The notes under the pieces were generated by a model. That model saw nothing but the letters and a program-made list of their open reading frames with translations. It was not told where the DNA came from and did no database searches. Shown piece after piece: positions 40,920-53,389 of a stretch of 64,000 nucleotides of DNA; the stretch's first letter is position 1; the number at the start of each line of letters is the position of its first letter. The position numbers and the translations under genes are program-made. This stretch comes from Stegostoma tigrinum (Eukaryota), in the NCBI RefSeq assembly GCF_030684315.1, contig NC_081387.1, positions 4,506,497 to 4,570,496 of the forward strand, read 5' to 3'.

Positions 40920-41950
40920 GAGGCAACCAGTGATGAGTGGTGTCCCGCAGGGTTCAGTGTTGGGGCCGCAGCTGTTCACCTTATACATTAATCACTTGGA
41001 TGAAGGGACGAGAGGCATTCTGGCGAAGTTTGCCGATGATACAAAGATAGGTGGACAGGCAAGTAGTACCGAGGAGCCGGGGAAGTTGCAGAAAGATTTA
41101 GACAGTTTAGGAGAGTGGTCCAGGAAATGGCTGATGAAATTCAATGTGATCAAATGTGAGGTTTTGCACTTTGGAAAAAAGAATACAGGCATGGACTATT
41201 TTCTAAATGGTGAGAAAATTCACAAAGCAGAAGTACAAAGGGATCTGGGAGTGTTGGTCCAGGATTCTCTAAAGGTTAACTTGCAGGTAGAGTCCGTAAT
41301 TAAGAAAGCGAATGTAATGTTGTCGTTTATCTCAAGAGGGTTGGAATATAAAAGCAACGATGTGCTTCTGAGGCTTTATAAAGCTCTAGTTAGGCCCCAA
41401 TTAGAATACTGTGTCCAATTTTGGGCCCCATACCTCAGGAAAGACATACTAGCCCTGGAGCGTGTCCAGCGGGGATTCACACGGATGATCCCTGGAATGG
41501 TAGGTTTAACGTATGATGAACGGTTAAGGATCCTGGGATTGTACTCATTAGAGTTTAGAAGGTTGAGGGGAGATCTAACAGAAACTTACAAGATAATGTA
41601 TGGTTTAGAAGGGGTGGATGCTAGGAAGTTGTTTCCATTAGGCAGGGAGACTAGGACCCGTGGGCACCGCCTTAAAATTAGAGGGGGTAAATTAAAAACT
41701 GAAATGAGACGACATTTCTTCAGCCAGAGAGTGGTGGGCTTGTGGAATTCATTGCCACGGAGTGCATTGGAGGGCGGGACGTTGGATGCCTACAAGGCAG
41801 AGATCGACAAATTCTTGATCTCAGAAGGAATCAAGGGCTACGGGGAGATTGCAGGGAAGTGAAGTTGAAATGCCCATCAGCCATGATTTAAATGACGGAG
41901 TGGACTTGATGGGTCGAACGGATATGTCTTATTGTCTTATGGTCTTATGG
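40920..41950 (+). mobile_element. Young 5'-truncated CR1 with uninterrupted 310-aa RT C-terminal ORF
   Basis: ORF 40930-41862 (GVPQGSVLGPQLF, FADD); tail (tcttatgg)n. Confidence 0.93.
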
Positions 41951-42202
41951 TGTATTGGTGAGACCATGCAGAAGTAGGACAACAGATGAATGGACACGAC
42001 GCAAAAATCGCCAGACAGGAACGTTCCCTCCCTGTCAGGAAACACTTCAGTGGCCAAGCACATCCAGCCCCCAACCTTCACATAAGCATCCTCCAAGGCA
42101 GACTTCGAGATACACAACAACGCAGAATCACTGGCTGAAACTTACAGCCAAGTTCCGCACCCATGAAGATGGTCTCAGCCGTGACCTTGGGTTCATGTTG
42201 CG

Positions 42203-42772
42203 ATGAGGTTGTTGAGGACGTTGGTCCTGTCCAAACTAAAGACCCACTGCCCGCCATGAACAGAACCAATGTCATCTACAAAATCCCCTGCAGAGACTGC
42301 AAGAAACACTACATCGGTCAAACAGGAAGGAAATTAACAACGAGTACATGAACACCAACTGGCTACAAAAAGACATGACCAATACTCACTCATCTCAATC
42401 CACATGGACAAGGAGAATCATCACTTTGACTGGGACAACACCAAGATCCTGGGATGAGCTAGGCAGAGATAGGCACGAGAATTCCTGGAAGCATGGCACC
42501 CCGTGAAGCATGCTATTGATGAACACATTGAACTCGACCCCATATACATTCCACTACGGAGGAAACTCAGAAGTGAGGCAATCCATCTTAATGGACCCCT
42601 GAGTTTAAAAACCAGGCGGGAAAACACACTGATGCTTCATAGGAGGCTGCACTGAGGATGTTACTAAGCACGGTAACGAAACGTCTGCAAAACAACAAAC
42701 CAGCTCAGCAACTCAACCACCCTCAACAACCTCAACACCCACAACCTGAGCAACAAATCTACTCCAAAACCT
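42203..42772 (+). mobile_element. PLE 3' fragment, second family
   Basis: GIY-YIG motif NVIYKIPCRDCKKHYIGQTGR followed by terminal repeat. Confidence 0.85.
42648..42689 (+). ncRNA. Type I hammerhead ribozyme
   Basis: tgca-CTGAGGA-t-gttac(taagcacg)gtaac-GAAA-cGTC-tgca: 4-bp helix I, 5-bp helix II, intact core. Confidence 0.82.
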
Positions 42773-42829
42773 GAGAAATTGTTGTGATCTCTGTATCTTA
42801 ATTAATTAAGACAGTTTTGAATTACTTAC

Positions 42830-43420
42830 TACACTCTCTCACATGCACAAACTCACACACAGTCTCAAACATACACTCTTTCATGCTCGTGCACACACTG
42901 TTCCTTACATAAACCCACACACTCACAGAGACCTCTCTCTCACTCACACAGATCTTTCTCACACACTCTTCCTTACATAAACCCACCCACACACACACAC
43001 ACACACACACCTCTCTCTCTCTCACACACACACACACCCCCTCTCTCTCCCTCACACACACCCCCTCTTACCACACACTCCCTCTGTCTCACACACACAC
43101 ATAGCCTCTCTCTCACACATACAGACATACACACCCACTCTCTCACACACCCAAATCCTCTTAACTTTCACAAACACAAACATACACACCCAACCTTTCA
43201 CACCCCTTGCTCTCACACACACCCTCACACACACAGTCTCTCTCTTCCTCTCTCACAGACATACACAAAAATGCACCTTCTCTCTCTCACACACACTCTC
43301 TCTTTCTCACAGACACACTCTCACACAGACCTTCCCTGTCGCACACGCACTGATCCCCCCTAACACACACACACATTCTCTCTCAAGCATACACGTTCTT
43401 TCTCACTCTCGCGCACACAG
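42830..43420. repeat. Compound (CA)n/(CT)n low-complexity tract
   Basis: Direct reading. Confidence 0.95.
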
Positions 43421-43816
43421 AAATCTAATGGGTGAATCATTTCATGCAAGATTTTGTTCATTTGCAGATACATTCTACTTTGTTCAAGAAATACACAATT
43501 TGTGGTCACTGTTGGTCAGTGTGGCATGTTATAAATTCCTACTTTTGAAATACAACCAGCTGAATTCCAGGTTAAAACTCTGAGACAGATGGTGAACAAA
43601 GCCTCCCACCTATAATGCAGTGACTGACCTGACATGCTATCTGTTATACATTCATATCGCTCTGACTGAAGTTTGGAAAATTAGGCAGATACTGATGAAA
43701 TTTTTAATTATCTCAGGGCAGTGTGACATCAAATAAACCTGTTGGATCATTGCCTGGTGTTGTCTGATTCTTCACATTGTCCAGCCCAGTCCAACACTGG
43801 CACCTACACGTCACGG

Positions 43817-44368
43817 TGACCATTCACAGTCCACAGGATAAGAACCAGCTCCCCACACACATACAGAACTCAACACCAGGGAATCAGTAAGAATCCTCAG
43901 ATACTCTGCACCTCCCAGAGAATTACACCTTACCTTCTCATATTCGGGAATGAACCATCAATAAAACTCAGGCTGGAAATCAGGAGGGAAATGTTTCCAA
44001 TAAACACACTCAATATCCAACACACAGCTACAGTCAAACAGTTCAGTACAAAGCACCGAGTAAACAGCTCTCTCAGCTGGATCTTCTCACACAGCATAAG
44101 GGACATTTCCACCCCTGATTACCCACAGGACAGTCAGACTGCCTGAAGACTGGTGTGGATATTATGGGATACAATTTGTATAAAAGCTGCTCCTTCACTC
44201 ACCATCTCCTCACTTGGTTTTCAGTCCCTATAGGAAGTGAACCAGCTCTGGAAGAGGAAGAGGAAGAGGAGAGAATGGGCAGAGTGGGTGGGCTCTCTGA
44301 TTGACGTCTCTCACAGCCAATCCAAATATTTCTGCAGCAACATGAGTTTCCTGAAGCTTGTGAAACTG
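43817..44368 (-). promoter_or_regulatory. Shared promoter/exon-1 cassette, copy D
   Basis: As copy C; ATG 44205-44203 followed by gtgagt; one extra gaggaa unit. Confidence 0.7.
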
Positions 44369-44826
44369 ACCGGTGAGATGGAGGTGACTTTGAGCAGTAG
44401 ATCAGGTGGAGATTTAAACTTTTCATTGTCCCATCTCTATAAAACCTCACTTATTGCTGCTGCTGTCTCAGTTCTCACTCCAGCAGCACTGTGGATCTAC
44501 CTACGTTAAACCACAGAAGTGATACAATGCATAGGGAGCCATTTGGTCTGTCGTACCTCCATGAGCCTGTCAAAGTAGCATGATTATGTAGATTTAGAAA
44601 AAAGGAAATCATGCTTGACAAATCTACGGCAATTCTTTGAGGATGTAACTTGGAGTTGATCAGAGGGAGCCAGTGGATGTGCTTCATTTGGACTTCCAGT
44701 TGGCTTCCAACGAAGTCTCACATAAGACAGTAATGAGTAAAAATTAAAGGTATTAGGATTAGGCGTTCTGCACTGACATAGATAGAAAATTGTCTGCCAG
44801 ACAGGAAACAAAGAGTAGGAATATAT

Positions 44827-45034
44827 AGTGGAGAGCTGGATGAACACAGCAGGCCAAGCAGCATCAGAGGAGCAAGAAAGCTGGCATTTTGGGTCGAGAC
44901 CCTTCTTCTAAAGAAGGGTCTTGTCCCAAAATGTCAGCTTTCCTGCTCCTCTGATGCTGCATGGCCTGCTGTGTTCATTCAGCTCTACAACTTGTTATCT
45001 CAGATTCTCCAGCATCGGCAATTCCTACTATCTC
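44827..45034. mobile_element. Fold-back PLE-derived mini-element
   Basis: Inverted arms joined at decayed hammerhead cores; 13-bp TSD agtaggaatatat at 44814-44826 and 45035-45047; empty site in paralog near 34990. Confidence 0.9.
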
Positions 45035-46693
45035 AGTAGGAATATATGGATCCTTTTCTGAATGGCAGGCAGTGACAAATTGGATACAGCAGGGATCATG
45101 TACTCAGACTGTAGATATTCACAATATATGTTACTTTTTTAGATGTGGAAATTAAATGTAGCAGAATTTGCAGATGATACACAGCTGGACGGAAAGCTGA
45201 GCTTTGAGGAAAATATGAAAATGTTGCATGATGATTTGGACAGGCTGAGTGAATAGCCAAATGCATGGCAGGTATAATGTTGATAAATGTGAGGTTATCA
45301 CTTCAGTAGCAAAAGTATGAAGAGAAATATTATTTGGATGCCTGGAAATTGAAAGAGGGGCATGTTCAATGAGACCAGTATATTTCATAGGAGGTCAAAG
45401 GTGTCCTGAGAGAGCTTTATAAAATCATCAGGGGTAATAGACAACATAATGGCAAGTTTTGTTTCCCTGAGGTGGGGGATTTCAATTATAGGGGGCATAG
45501 TTTTAAGATGAGAGGAGGCCACACCTGGAAATAATGTGTGCAGTTTTGATCTCTTTATCTAAGGAACCAAATTCTTACCATAGAGGTGGAGCAACAAAAG
45601 TTTGCCACATTGATTCCGAGGCTGCAGAACTGACAAATGAGGAGTGATTGAGTCAGTTAGGATTGTGTTCACTGGAGTTTATCAGAATGAGGGAGGCGGC
45701 TTCCCAACAACAATGTCCCCTAAATCTGTCCTCTCTTCAGCGCTGATCTGGAGATCATTCTTCCAACCAAACAGTCATGGTTTCTATGTTATACTGAACG
45801 ATCGACTCACAGGAAGGCATAGGTGCAACATGTGTTCCACTTATAAATCTTGATTCACACCTGAATTTATTTCTTAAAGTTTACATTACATTCAATTACA
45901 CTGTACTATATCATGCAAATTAAGACTTTATACCAATAAGCTTTATACAGCACAATTTAAGAAGTTCAGCCTTGTTAATTACGCCATAATTTTAGAAAAG
46001 ACCACTTGAAGAAACAAAATATTACATAACCGCACAGGAGTCCAATTTACCAGGAATAAACTTGAAAAGCAGAATAATTCTGTTGAAATTGTCTAGAACC
46101 TCGTGCGGGCCATTGTGCACAGTCTGATCTTCACATTGATAAGGACATCAAGAAAGTTGAGATGATGTAAAAACAATTGATTATGATGAGCATTAAGAGA
46201 TTGGAACTGTAAGAAGGACTGAACAGGCCAGCACTCTTTCCTCAGAAATGATTTGGCTGAGGGATGATGTCAAAGTGTATCCTCCAAACTGGAGACAAAA
46301 ACTCAGGAGACAGGCAGGATTCAGGCAAGTGGAGATGTTAATGGAGGGAGAGGGCCAAAGGAATCTCCCTGAATCTGGCCCCAACATGAGAAAACAACTT
46401 TGGCTCAGATCGGAAGAGAGATCAATGACACATTCTGCTTTTTACAGTGAAATACAGCATTTTATGCATTTTCTGTTGTAGTAATCAAATACAGTATAGT
46501 CACTGTCCTTCACCCTTAACCCATACACCCAATCTTATGGGACACCTAATCAATGATGGGTATTCCTGTGAACAGCCCTAGGTTCCCATGATCTACTGGA
46601 GTTTACCAGACATTGTAACCTTGAGAAATAAAACAGAAATTGCTGGAAAAGCTCAGCAGGTCTGGCAGCATCTATGAAGGAAAAAACAGAGTT

Positions 46694-46723
46694 AACGTTT
46701 CAGGTCCGGTGATCCTTCCTCAG
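46694..46723 (-). ncRNA. Hammerhead-like motif in a short PLE fragment
   Basis: Minus strand CTGAGGA-a-ggatc(accg)gacct-GAAA-cgtt; imperfect helix II. Confidence 0.55.
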
Positions 46724-49232
46724 GACTCTCAGAATCTTCTAGGCCTTGGGACATTTAATGCATCCCAATCATTTGCATTCCAAAGTTATGGGCCACTTTC
46801 GTGTAAGCAGGTAGGGGTTACTTTGTATGGACAGGTACGTGTCATCCATGACACCACAGAAATCTGTAAAATGATGAATTATAAAATTAAGAAATTAAGA
46901 ATGAAAGGAAGATGTTTCCGCTTATGTGCAGGAGTTCAAAAGCAGGATCCATCAATATAAAATGGTGATTAATAAATCCGAGCAGAAACTCAGGACCCAC
47001 TCCATCATGAACAGAAGGATGAGAATGTTGAGCTTGCTGCCACAGGGAATAGTTGAGGAAATAGCTCAAGCGCTTTTGACAGGAATCTTGGTAAGTCCAT
47101 GAGGGAAAAAGGAATAAAAGGATTTGCTGACAGTGTGAAATAAATTAGGGAGGGAAAATGGAACTGGGTTGAATGGTCTTTATCTGCGCTTTAAAACATA
47201 AAATGAAAACAAATCAATGCTGGAACTTTTCAGCAGGTCAGGCAGCATCTCTGTTGAGAAACTGTGTTCATGTTTCAGCTCAAGATCACCCTTAATCAGA
47301 AATGAGGCTGGATACTGGTCAGCACCTCCTTTTGTGACAGAACATTCCCTATTCTCATCAGCACTGCCCCTACTCCTGTTCCCATCAACTGCCCCTTCTC
47401 AATTTTCCATATGGAGTTTAAACTTGGATCACTCTCAAACATTTACTTCCAATGACATCAAGGTCACATGAACATGACAAGTTAACGTGTGTGAAAAGTA
47501 TTGATCCAATATTCCCCATTTCATACATCTGTTGTTAACAATTTGCAGACTATTGGTTGCAAGTTACTGCTCACATATAGTCAATAAAGAAAATTATCAC
47601 ACATGAAAAAAAATTGTTTGTTCTTTCTCGTCCGTTCCGGTTTTGTCCATCCAAACTCATGCACTGCGTTCAATATTTAAAGTACTATGGTCTTCTTATT
47701 GCACTCATATGTGTTGTTGTTGGCTGTTCATTCAGTGTCTGCTGGTTCCTGAGGTGTCACTAACTTTGCAGAATATTATTATCATTGCAAGTGTTGTTGC
47801 CACGGTAATTATCACTGCTGACGTTTTGTATTTTTGGGGGGAATGGTTGTCCTGTGGGACAGATAGTCATTTTGTTCTTTGCTCAGTCGGTGAAATTGGA
47901 TCTGCCTCATCAGTTTTCTCCTGCAGAACGGCTGACTTTCTGGTTTCATGCAATGTCTGTTGTTGAGGCGATAGATCTGGCCTTTCACTTCCCCAGGTAT
48001 GATCAAGCTGACAATTTCCTTCTAAATTTCATGTTGCCAAAGGATCTGATACTTGTCGAATGCAATGAATGTTTGCACTTTGACAGGCTATTCCACAATC
48101 AGCGCTGAATGATTTGGTCTCTTTACAAAATGTGACATGGACTTTTGTTTCACTTGATGGTGTCACTTACTCCTGTTACTTCTTTCAGTCTTTTCATTAT
48201 TGCAAGAGTTCCTAAATGAGGTTGGACTAGAGAACTATCCCTTCCAACTGGAGATGTATTTCTCCTCTCTAAGATTGCCTTGTATATGTCTCAACTGGAT
48301 CAAGTCAATTTTTGACAATTCCTTCGGCAATTTCTGCCACGACCTCAGCCTACTTGACAGGAGATAGTATGGAAAAATATAAGGGGGTGAATTTCCCGAT
48401 TATCGTCCAAATTCTTTCATCATGAATTGAGCTAATTGTCACTGATCATAATTGCAATGCCAGGAATGTGTGGCGGCTGAAGTGCGCTTTCAGAGAATGA
48501 ATAATGAGGGGGTGAATTGATGATTTCCAGACCAAGTCATGTTACTGCTTCTTGTTGAATTTGGAATATTTCACAATATGTTCCAGCATTAACTTCCTTC
48601 AGAGACAGTGCCGCTCCAGACAGCACACTGGTGATTTACATCTGCTTGTACTTCACTTCCCAGTGATATCTGTGTACATGAAGTAACATCCTATGCAACC
48701 ACTCTGGAGGAGACCAATGTCAATATGTTGAATTATCTTGTGGTTAGACATTACCTTCCCTTTTCCTCTCTCCCACAGAGGAGCTGGTTGAAAAGTTCAT
48801 GAGAAAAAACAATATTCAGACTGTATTTCTCAATCTATGTACAGCATTGTGCAGTGTGTGTTAACTCTCTGCATACAAACTGTTACACACTGATAACAGA
48901 ATGATAAGAATCTACACCAGGTCCCTGTGTCAGTTCTCCCCTGGCATAGTTGTTTCCTCTCCACTATCTGAGTGCATCCATGTGCAAGGATATACACTGA
49001 CTCTATGAAAGCTGTGTCACAAATGTCACAAGTGGAGTATGTCTCCCCGTGTACAGCCTGTGGTGTCCTGGAGGGTTAGAATCATAAAAGCTTTATCAGA
49101 AACCTGTGAGATTCAAGAGTTACTCCATTGACAATGAAGATGTAGGTTCCATGACTTTGAGGACAATTTGTTCGACAAGGGAATGATGCTTCCCATGAGT
49201 ATTAATAATATTGAGAATGATTTGTTCCATAC

Positions 49233-50183
49233 CTAACACCGGAACAGTTTCTCCCTTGTGTGAACACGTTGGTGCTTGCGGAGGGTTGATGACTGTGAAA
49301 ACGATTTATCACATACCTCGCATGTGAAGGGTTTCTCCCCGGTGTGAACCCTCTGATGGAGCAGGAGGTATGATGACCTCGAGAATGATTTCTCACATAC
49401 CTCACACTTGAATGGTTTCTCCCCGGTGTGAATGCGTTGGTGCACGAGCAGTGTTGACGACTGCGGGAATGACTTAGTGCATACCTCGCACGTGAAGGGC
49501 TTCTCTCCTGTGTGAACAGGCCGATGATTGACAAGGCCTGACAATTGTGCAAAATCCTGGTGACATACCTGACACTTGAATGGTTTCTCCCCTGTGTGAA
49601 TACGTCGGTGTGCATGGAGGTTTTGTGACCGTGAGAATGATTTGTTACACACCTCACACGTAAATGGTCTCTCCCCTGTGTGAACACGCTGGTGTTTATG
49701 GAGGGTAGATGACTGCGTGAATGATCTGTCACACACATCACATACAAATGGTTTCTCTCCTGTGTGAATCCTGTGATGCAGCAGGAGTCTTGATGAGTCT
49801 GAGAATGATTTTTCACACACCTCACACTTGAACAGTTTCTCTCCTGTGTGGATGCGTTGATGTGTGCGGAGGATCCCTGATTGGGAGAATGATTTCTCAC
49901 ACACCTCACACATGAAAGGTTTCTCTCCAGTGTGACTACGGTGGTGTCGGCGGAGGGTTGATGACTGCAAGAATGATTTGTCACATATCTCACACGTGAA
50001 GGGTTTCTGTCCCGTGTGAATCGCCCGGTGATTTACGAGGCCTGATAACTGTGCAAAGCCCTTGTTACACACCTCACACTTGAACGGTTTCTCTCCAGTG
50101 TGAATACGTCGATGATTTGTGAGTGTCACTGATCTTGCAAAACCTTGGTCACACACTTCACATTTGAAGGGTTTCTCTTCCAT
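49233..50183 (-). CDS. ZNF unit E: ZF-only C2H2 protein, 316 aa, 11 fingers
   Basis: Eleven intact fingers from MEEKPF; acceptor at 50669-50670. Confidence 0.9.
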   Translation of the reverse strand: MEEKPFKCEVCDQGFARSVTLTNHRRIHTGEKPFKCEVCNKGFAQLSGLVNHRAIHTGQKPFTCEICDKSFLQSSTLRRHHRSHTGEKPFMCEVCEKSFSQSGILRTHQRIHTGEKLFKCEVCEKSFSDSSRLLLHHRIHTGEKPFVCDVCDRSFTQSSTLHKHQRVHTGERPFTCEVCNKSFSRSQNLHAHRRIHTGEKPFKCQVCHQDFAQLSGLVNHRPVHTGEKPFTCEVCTKSFPQSSTLLVHQRIHTGEKPFKCEVCEKSFSRSSYLLLHQRVHTGEKPFTCEVCDKSFSQSSTLRKHQRVHTREKLFRC

Positions 50184-51086
50184 GTAGCTTCCCTTCTGCT
50201 AACAGATTGTATAATAGACGCACCTAGTCACTGAGACAATGTTTGGAGCCTGTGGAGCTCTCCTCATTCACCTTACTGTTGGAACAACCTCTCCCCTGTA
50301 GGAATGACTCAGTGGGTCTTGAGACTTGACGAATGGCTGAAGCTGTCACCACACTTGGAGCCACTCACACTTCTTCCCAGCCTCACCCTGACTGATCACC
50401 CACAGCCGAACCTTCAGAAAGGTTGGTTCTATGGAAGGCTCCACACCACTGACCAGTTTCAGATCTGATGATGTCAAAGCTCCCTGATCTGACTGATTTC
50501 CAGATACTGGTTTCACTGCCCCGCCTTCTCTGTGTTGAGCAATGCTGTGAAGGGACTGGATGTCTTCCCACAGTCGTGCAGTTGTTCCTTGGATGTACAT
50601 CTATAGTCAGCATCTATCTGCAGTAACTATCCTCACTGTATTCTCTGGCACAGTGCGGCATAATCCTTCTGTAAAACAGGAAAAGGAAACATGATTTCCA
50701 CAAACTCTCTCTCCTCCTTTGCTGAAAGGGCTGACTCTTCAGTTAGAGACTGTTCCACAGTGAGTGCCAGTCTGCTATTCTCCTGTGTGGGGTATCAGTT
50801 AGGAATTCAGCAGGTCAGGTGGCACTTGTGGAGAGAAAAATAACTAACATTTCAAGTCTAGAGAATCATTTTCAGTTTCCAATGTACAAGGGAGATAGTG
50901 AGAGAGAGAGCTGACACCAGATACAATAGTGCAAGGAGACAGACGGACAGACAGAGAGAGAGAGAGCAGAAAAGAGGGAGAGAGGGGGAGTAGACCACAA
51001 CATGAGGAAGCTGGAAGAAGTCTGAAAGTGACTTCACAGAAATATTGAGAGTTGATTAGTTGTTGAGCAACTACATTAGAGGCTGT

Positions 51087-51231
51087 GAGATAACAAAGTG
51101 TGGAGCTGGATGAACACAGCTGGCCAAGCAGCATCTTAGGAGCGCAAAGATGCTGTTTGGCCTGCTGTGTTCATCCAGCTCCACACTTTGTTATCTCGGA
51201 TTCTCCAGCATCTGCAGTTCCCATTATCTCT
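51087..51231. mobile_element. Fold-back PLE mini-element lacking the hammerhead
   Basis: Near-perfect ~50-bp inverted arms gagataacaaagtgtggagctggatgaacacagc / gctgtgttcatccagctccacactttgttatctc. Confidence 0.8.
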
Positions 51232-51439
51232 GCTCACATCAGAGACTGTGTTTGAAATGCAGCAATTTCCAGGAAAATTCTAAACCAGTACCAAAAATGG
51301 TAAAAATTTATAGGCACAGGAGAGCAAGGAGATTTGTGAGTAATGGTGAAAAATTTCTGCTTTGTCCTTATCTACAGTTTATTGTTAATAGGAAAAGAGT
51401 GAGGTTAAAGCAAGTAAAATAAGTGAAAACTATAAGATT

Positions 51440-52420
51440 ACGACATGGTAGGACAACTCAGCCAAGGGGAAGGGTGGCTGAAACAAGTGGAATACTTGTC
51501 CTTAGCCATGTGGGGGGTCGTGGACACTTCTCATGACTCCAATGAGCCCATTTGCAGGAAATGTGTCACCAGCTGCACAAGCCCGAGCTCTGGATTTCAA
51601 AGCTCGAGCAGAGGTGGAGTAACTAATGTTCATCCATGAGGGCAAGACGAGACAGATACCAAGTTCAGAGAAGAACTCACATTGCAATTTAGGTGCAAGC
51701 AGGCAAACAGGAAGGACTGAGTGCCATGCAGTTCTTGTGAAACAAATCAAGGAATGTAGGAATCCCCAGAGGTCCCACACAATAATCAGTTTTCCATTTG
51801 GTGATAGAGATGGATACTTGGCTGCTATGGGGAGTTGGCAGACAGCAAGAGGCAAGCCCAAGGAACTTTGGGAGGCTCAGTTGTATAGCGGTGGAGGAAA
51901 AAGATGGAAGGCTAGCACTGACAGGAAATTCCTGGGTAGGGAATCAGACAGGTATTTCTGTAGCTGTCAAGGTGACACCAGAATGCATTGTTGTCTCCCC
52001 GATGCCGCGGTTAAGGATATCATAGAGCAGATTCTTTAGGGAGAGGGTGAACAGCCAGAGATCATGGCCGTTATTGGTATCAATGACTTAGATAGGAAGG
52101 GGGATGTGGTCTGTAATCAGAATTTACGGAGCTAGGTAGAAAGTTAGCCAGGAAGGACATCAAATCTCCAGATTACTCTCAGTGCCATCTGTGAATACAG
52201 AAATAGAACGGTAAAGGAGACAAATATGTGGATGGAAAGATGGTGCAAGAGGGAGGTATTAGATTTCTGGGACTGGATCTAAGGAAGATGGTACCTGGTT
52301 AAGCTAGATAGGTTACACGGAAACTCAACTGGGACTGAGTTCCTTGTTCTGTATTTTGATCCTGCTGTTGGGAAAGCTTGAAACTCACTCCACAGGTGCA
52401 TGGGAACCAGGAGAGAGTAT
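51440..52420 (+). mobile_element. Degenerate CR1 ORF1 region
   Basis: ICRKC and HCCLPDAAVKDI...GEGEQPE, homologous to the CR1 ORF1 esterase. Confidence 0.7.
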
Positions 52421-53389
52421 CAGAAAGTAAAAACAGGATTCACAATTTGTGTACTTAATGCACTGACCAATAAGACAAGCATATCAAATGCCTTCTTAAT
52501 ATCTTATCTACCTGCGCCTCTTCTTTGAAGGAATTCTGCATCTTCCTCATAGATCACCCTCCCACCCAGCTTTGATCATCTCCAAACTTGGAGATATTTC
52601 ATTCAGTTCCCTCAACAAAATCATTAATTTATAATGTGAACAGATGGGGGCCAAGCACTGATCCGTTCCATACTGTGCCAATCGGAAAGTTACTGTCCCA
52701 CTCAGCAAAAAAACTGTTTTCTAAAATGATCTCTAGACTGCAAAGGTTACATTACCAGGAGAGATTAAACAAACTTACATTATATTTCATAGGGTTTAGA
52801 AGCTTATGGATGATCTGATCAAAGATTTTGAAATATTAAGAGTTAGAGATCTGTTGAATGGAGGGAAAGTCTAGGACCGGGATCATTATCTAAAAATTAG
52901 AGGCAGATATTTTGGGGGTGAAATAAGGAAACACAATACACGCAAAGAGTGGGAGATGATTGGACCTCTCTTTCATGAACCACAATTGATGCTAAATTAA
53001 AAGCTGACATTGAAACTGAAATGAAATAGAGGCCTGGAGGCAAATGGGTAGTGTCCCTGCTCTGAGCCAGAAGGTCCAGATTCATATTCCACCTGCCCTG
53101 GAGAGGAGTCAAGTTATGTCTCTGCAGGTGACTGCTAATGATTTTTAAATGAGAGATTCATTCTTTTATTGTTCACTGAAAGTTGAAAGGGACATGGGGA
53201 AAGGGCAGGAATACAGAGTTATATCACAGATGCACCATGATCTCACTGAATACTGGGACATACTACAGACACAAAGTGTCACAGCCTGAATCGATACACT
53301 GTTTCTCAGAAGAGGCAGCTCTCTCTCAATGTTCTGATAGGGCAACCTTTGATCAGAGAAACTGTATAAATTATATTCCACGGGATAAT

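Larger units (their letters stand above)
40560..43816. mobile_element. Third-family PLE with inverted termini and nested insertions
   Basis: Ends are inverted copies (gacactgggttatagtccaac / gttggatcattgcctggtgt); TSD tgaccattc(g/a)cag at 40547 and 43817; GIY-YIG remnants at 41960-42200. Confidence 0.7.
43850..48890 (+). repeat. Segmental duplication, copy 2
   Basis: Colinear with 34040-38260 plus two copy-specific insertions. Confidence 0.92.

Noticed and set aside
42822-43234. VC/RE-rich ORFs
   Set aside because: Translation of (CA)n/(CT)n microsatellite
49202-49993. Long alternative-frame ORFs over ZF arrays (also 38675-39382, 6159-6542, 29288-29566)
   Set aside because: Expected by-product of repeated 84-bp finger codons; no independent support
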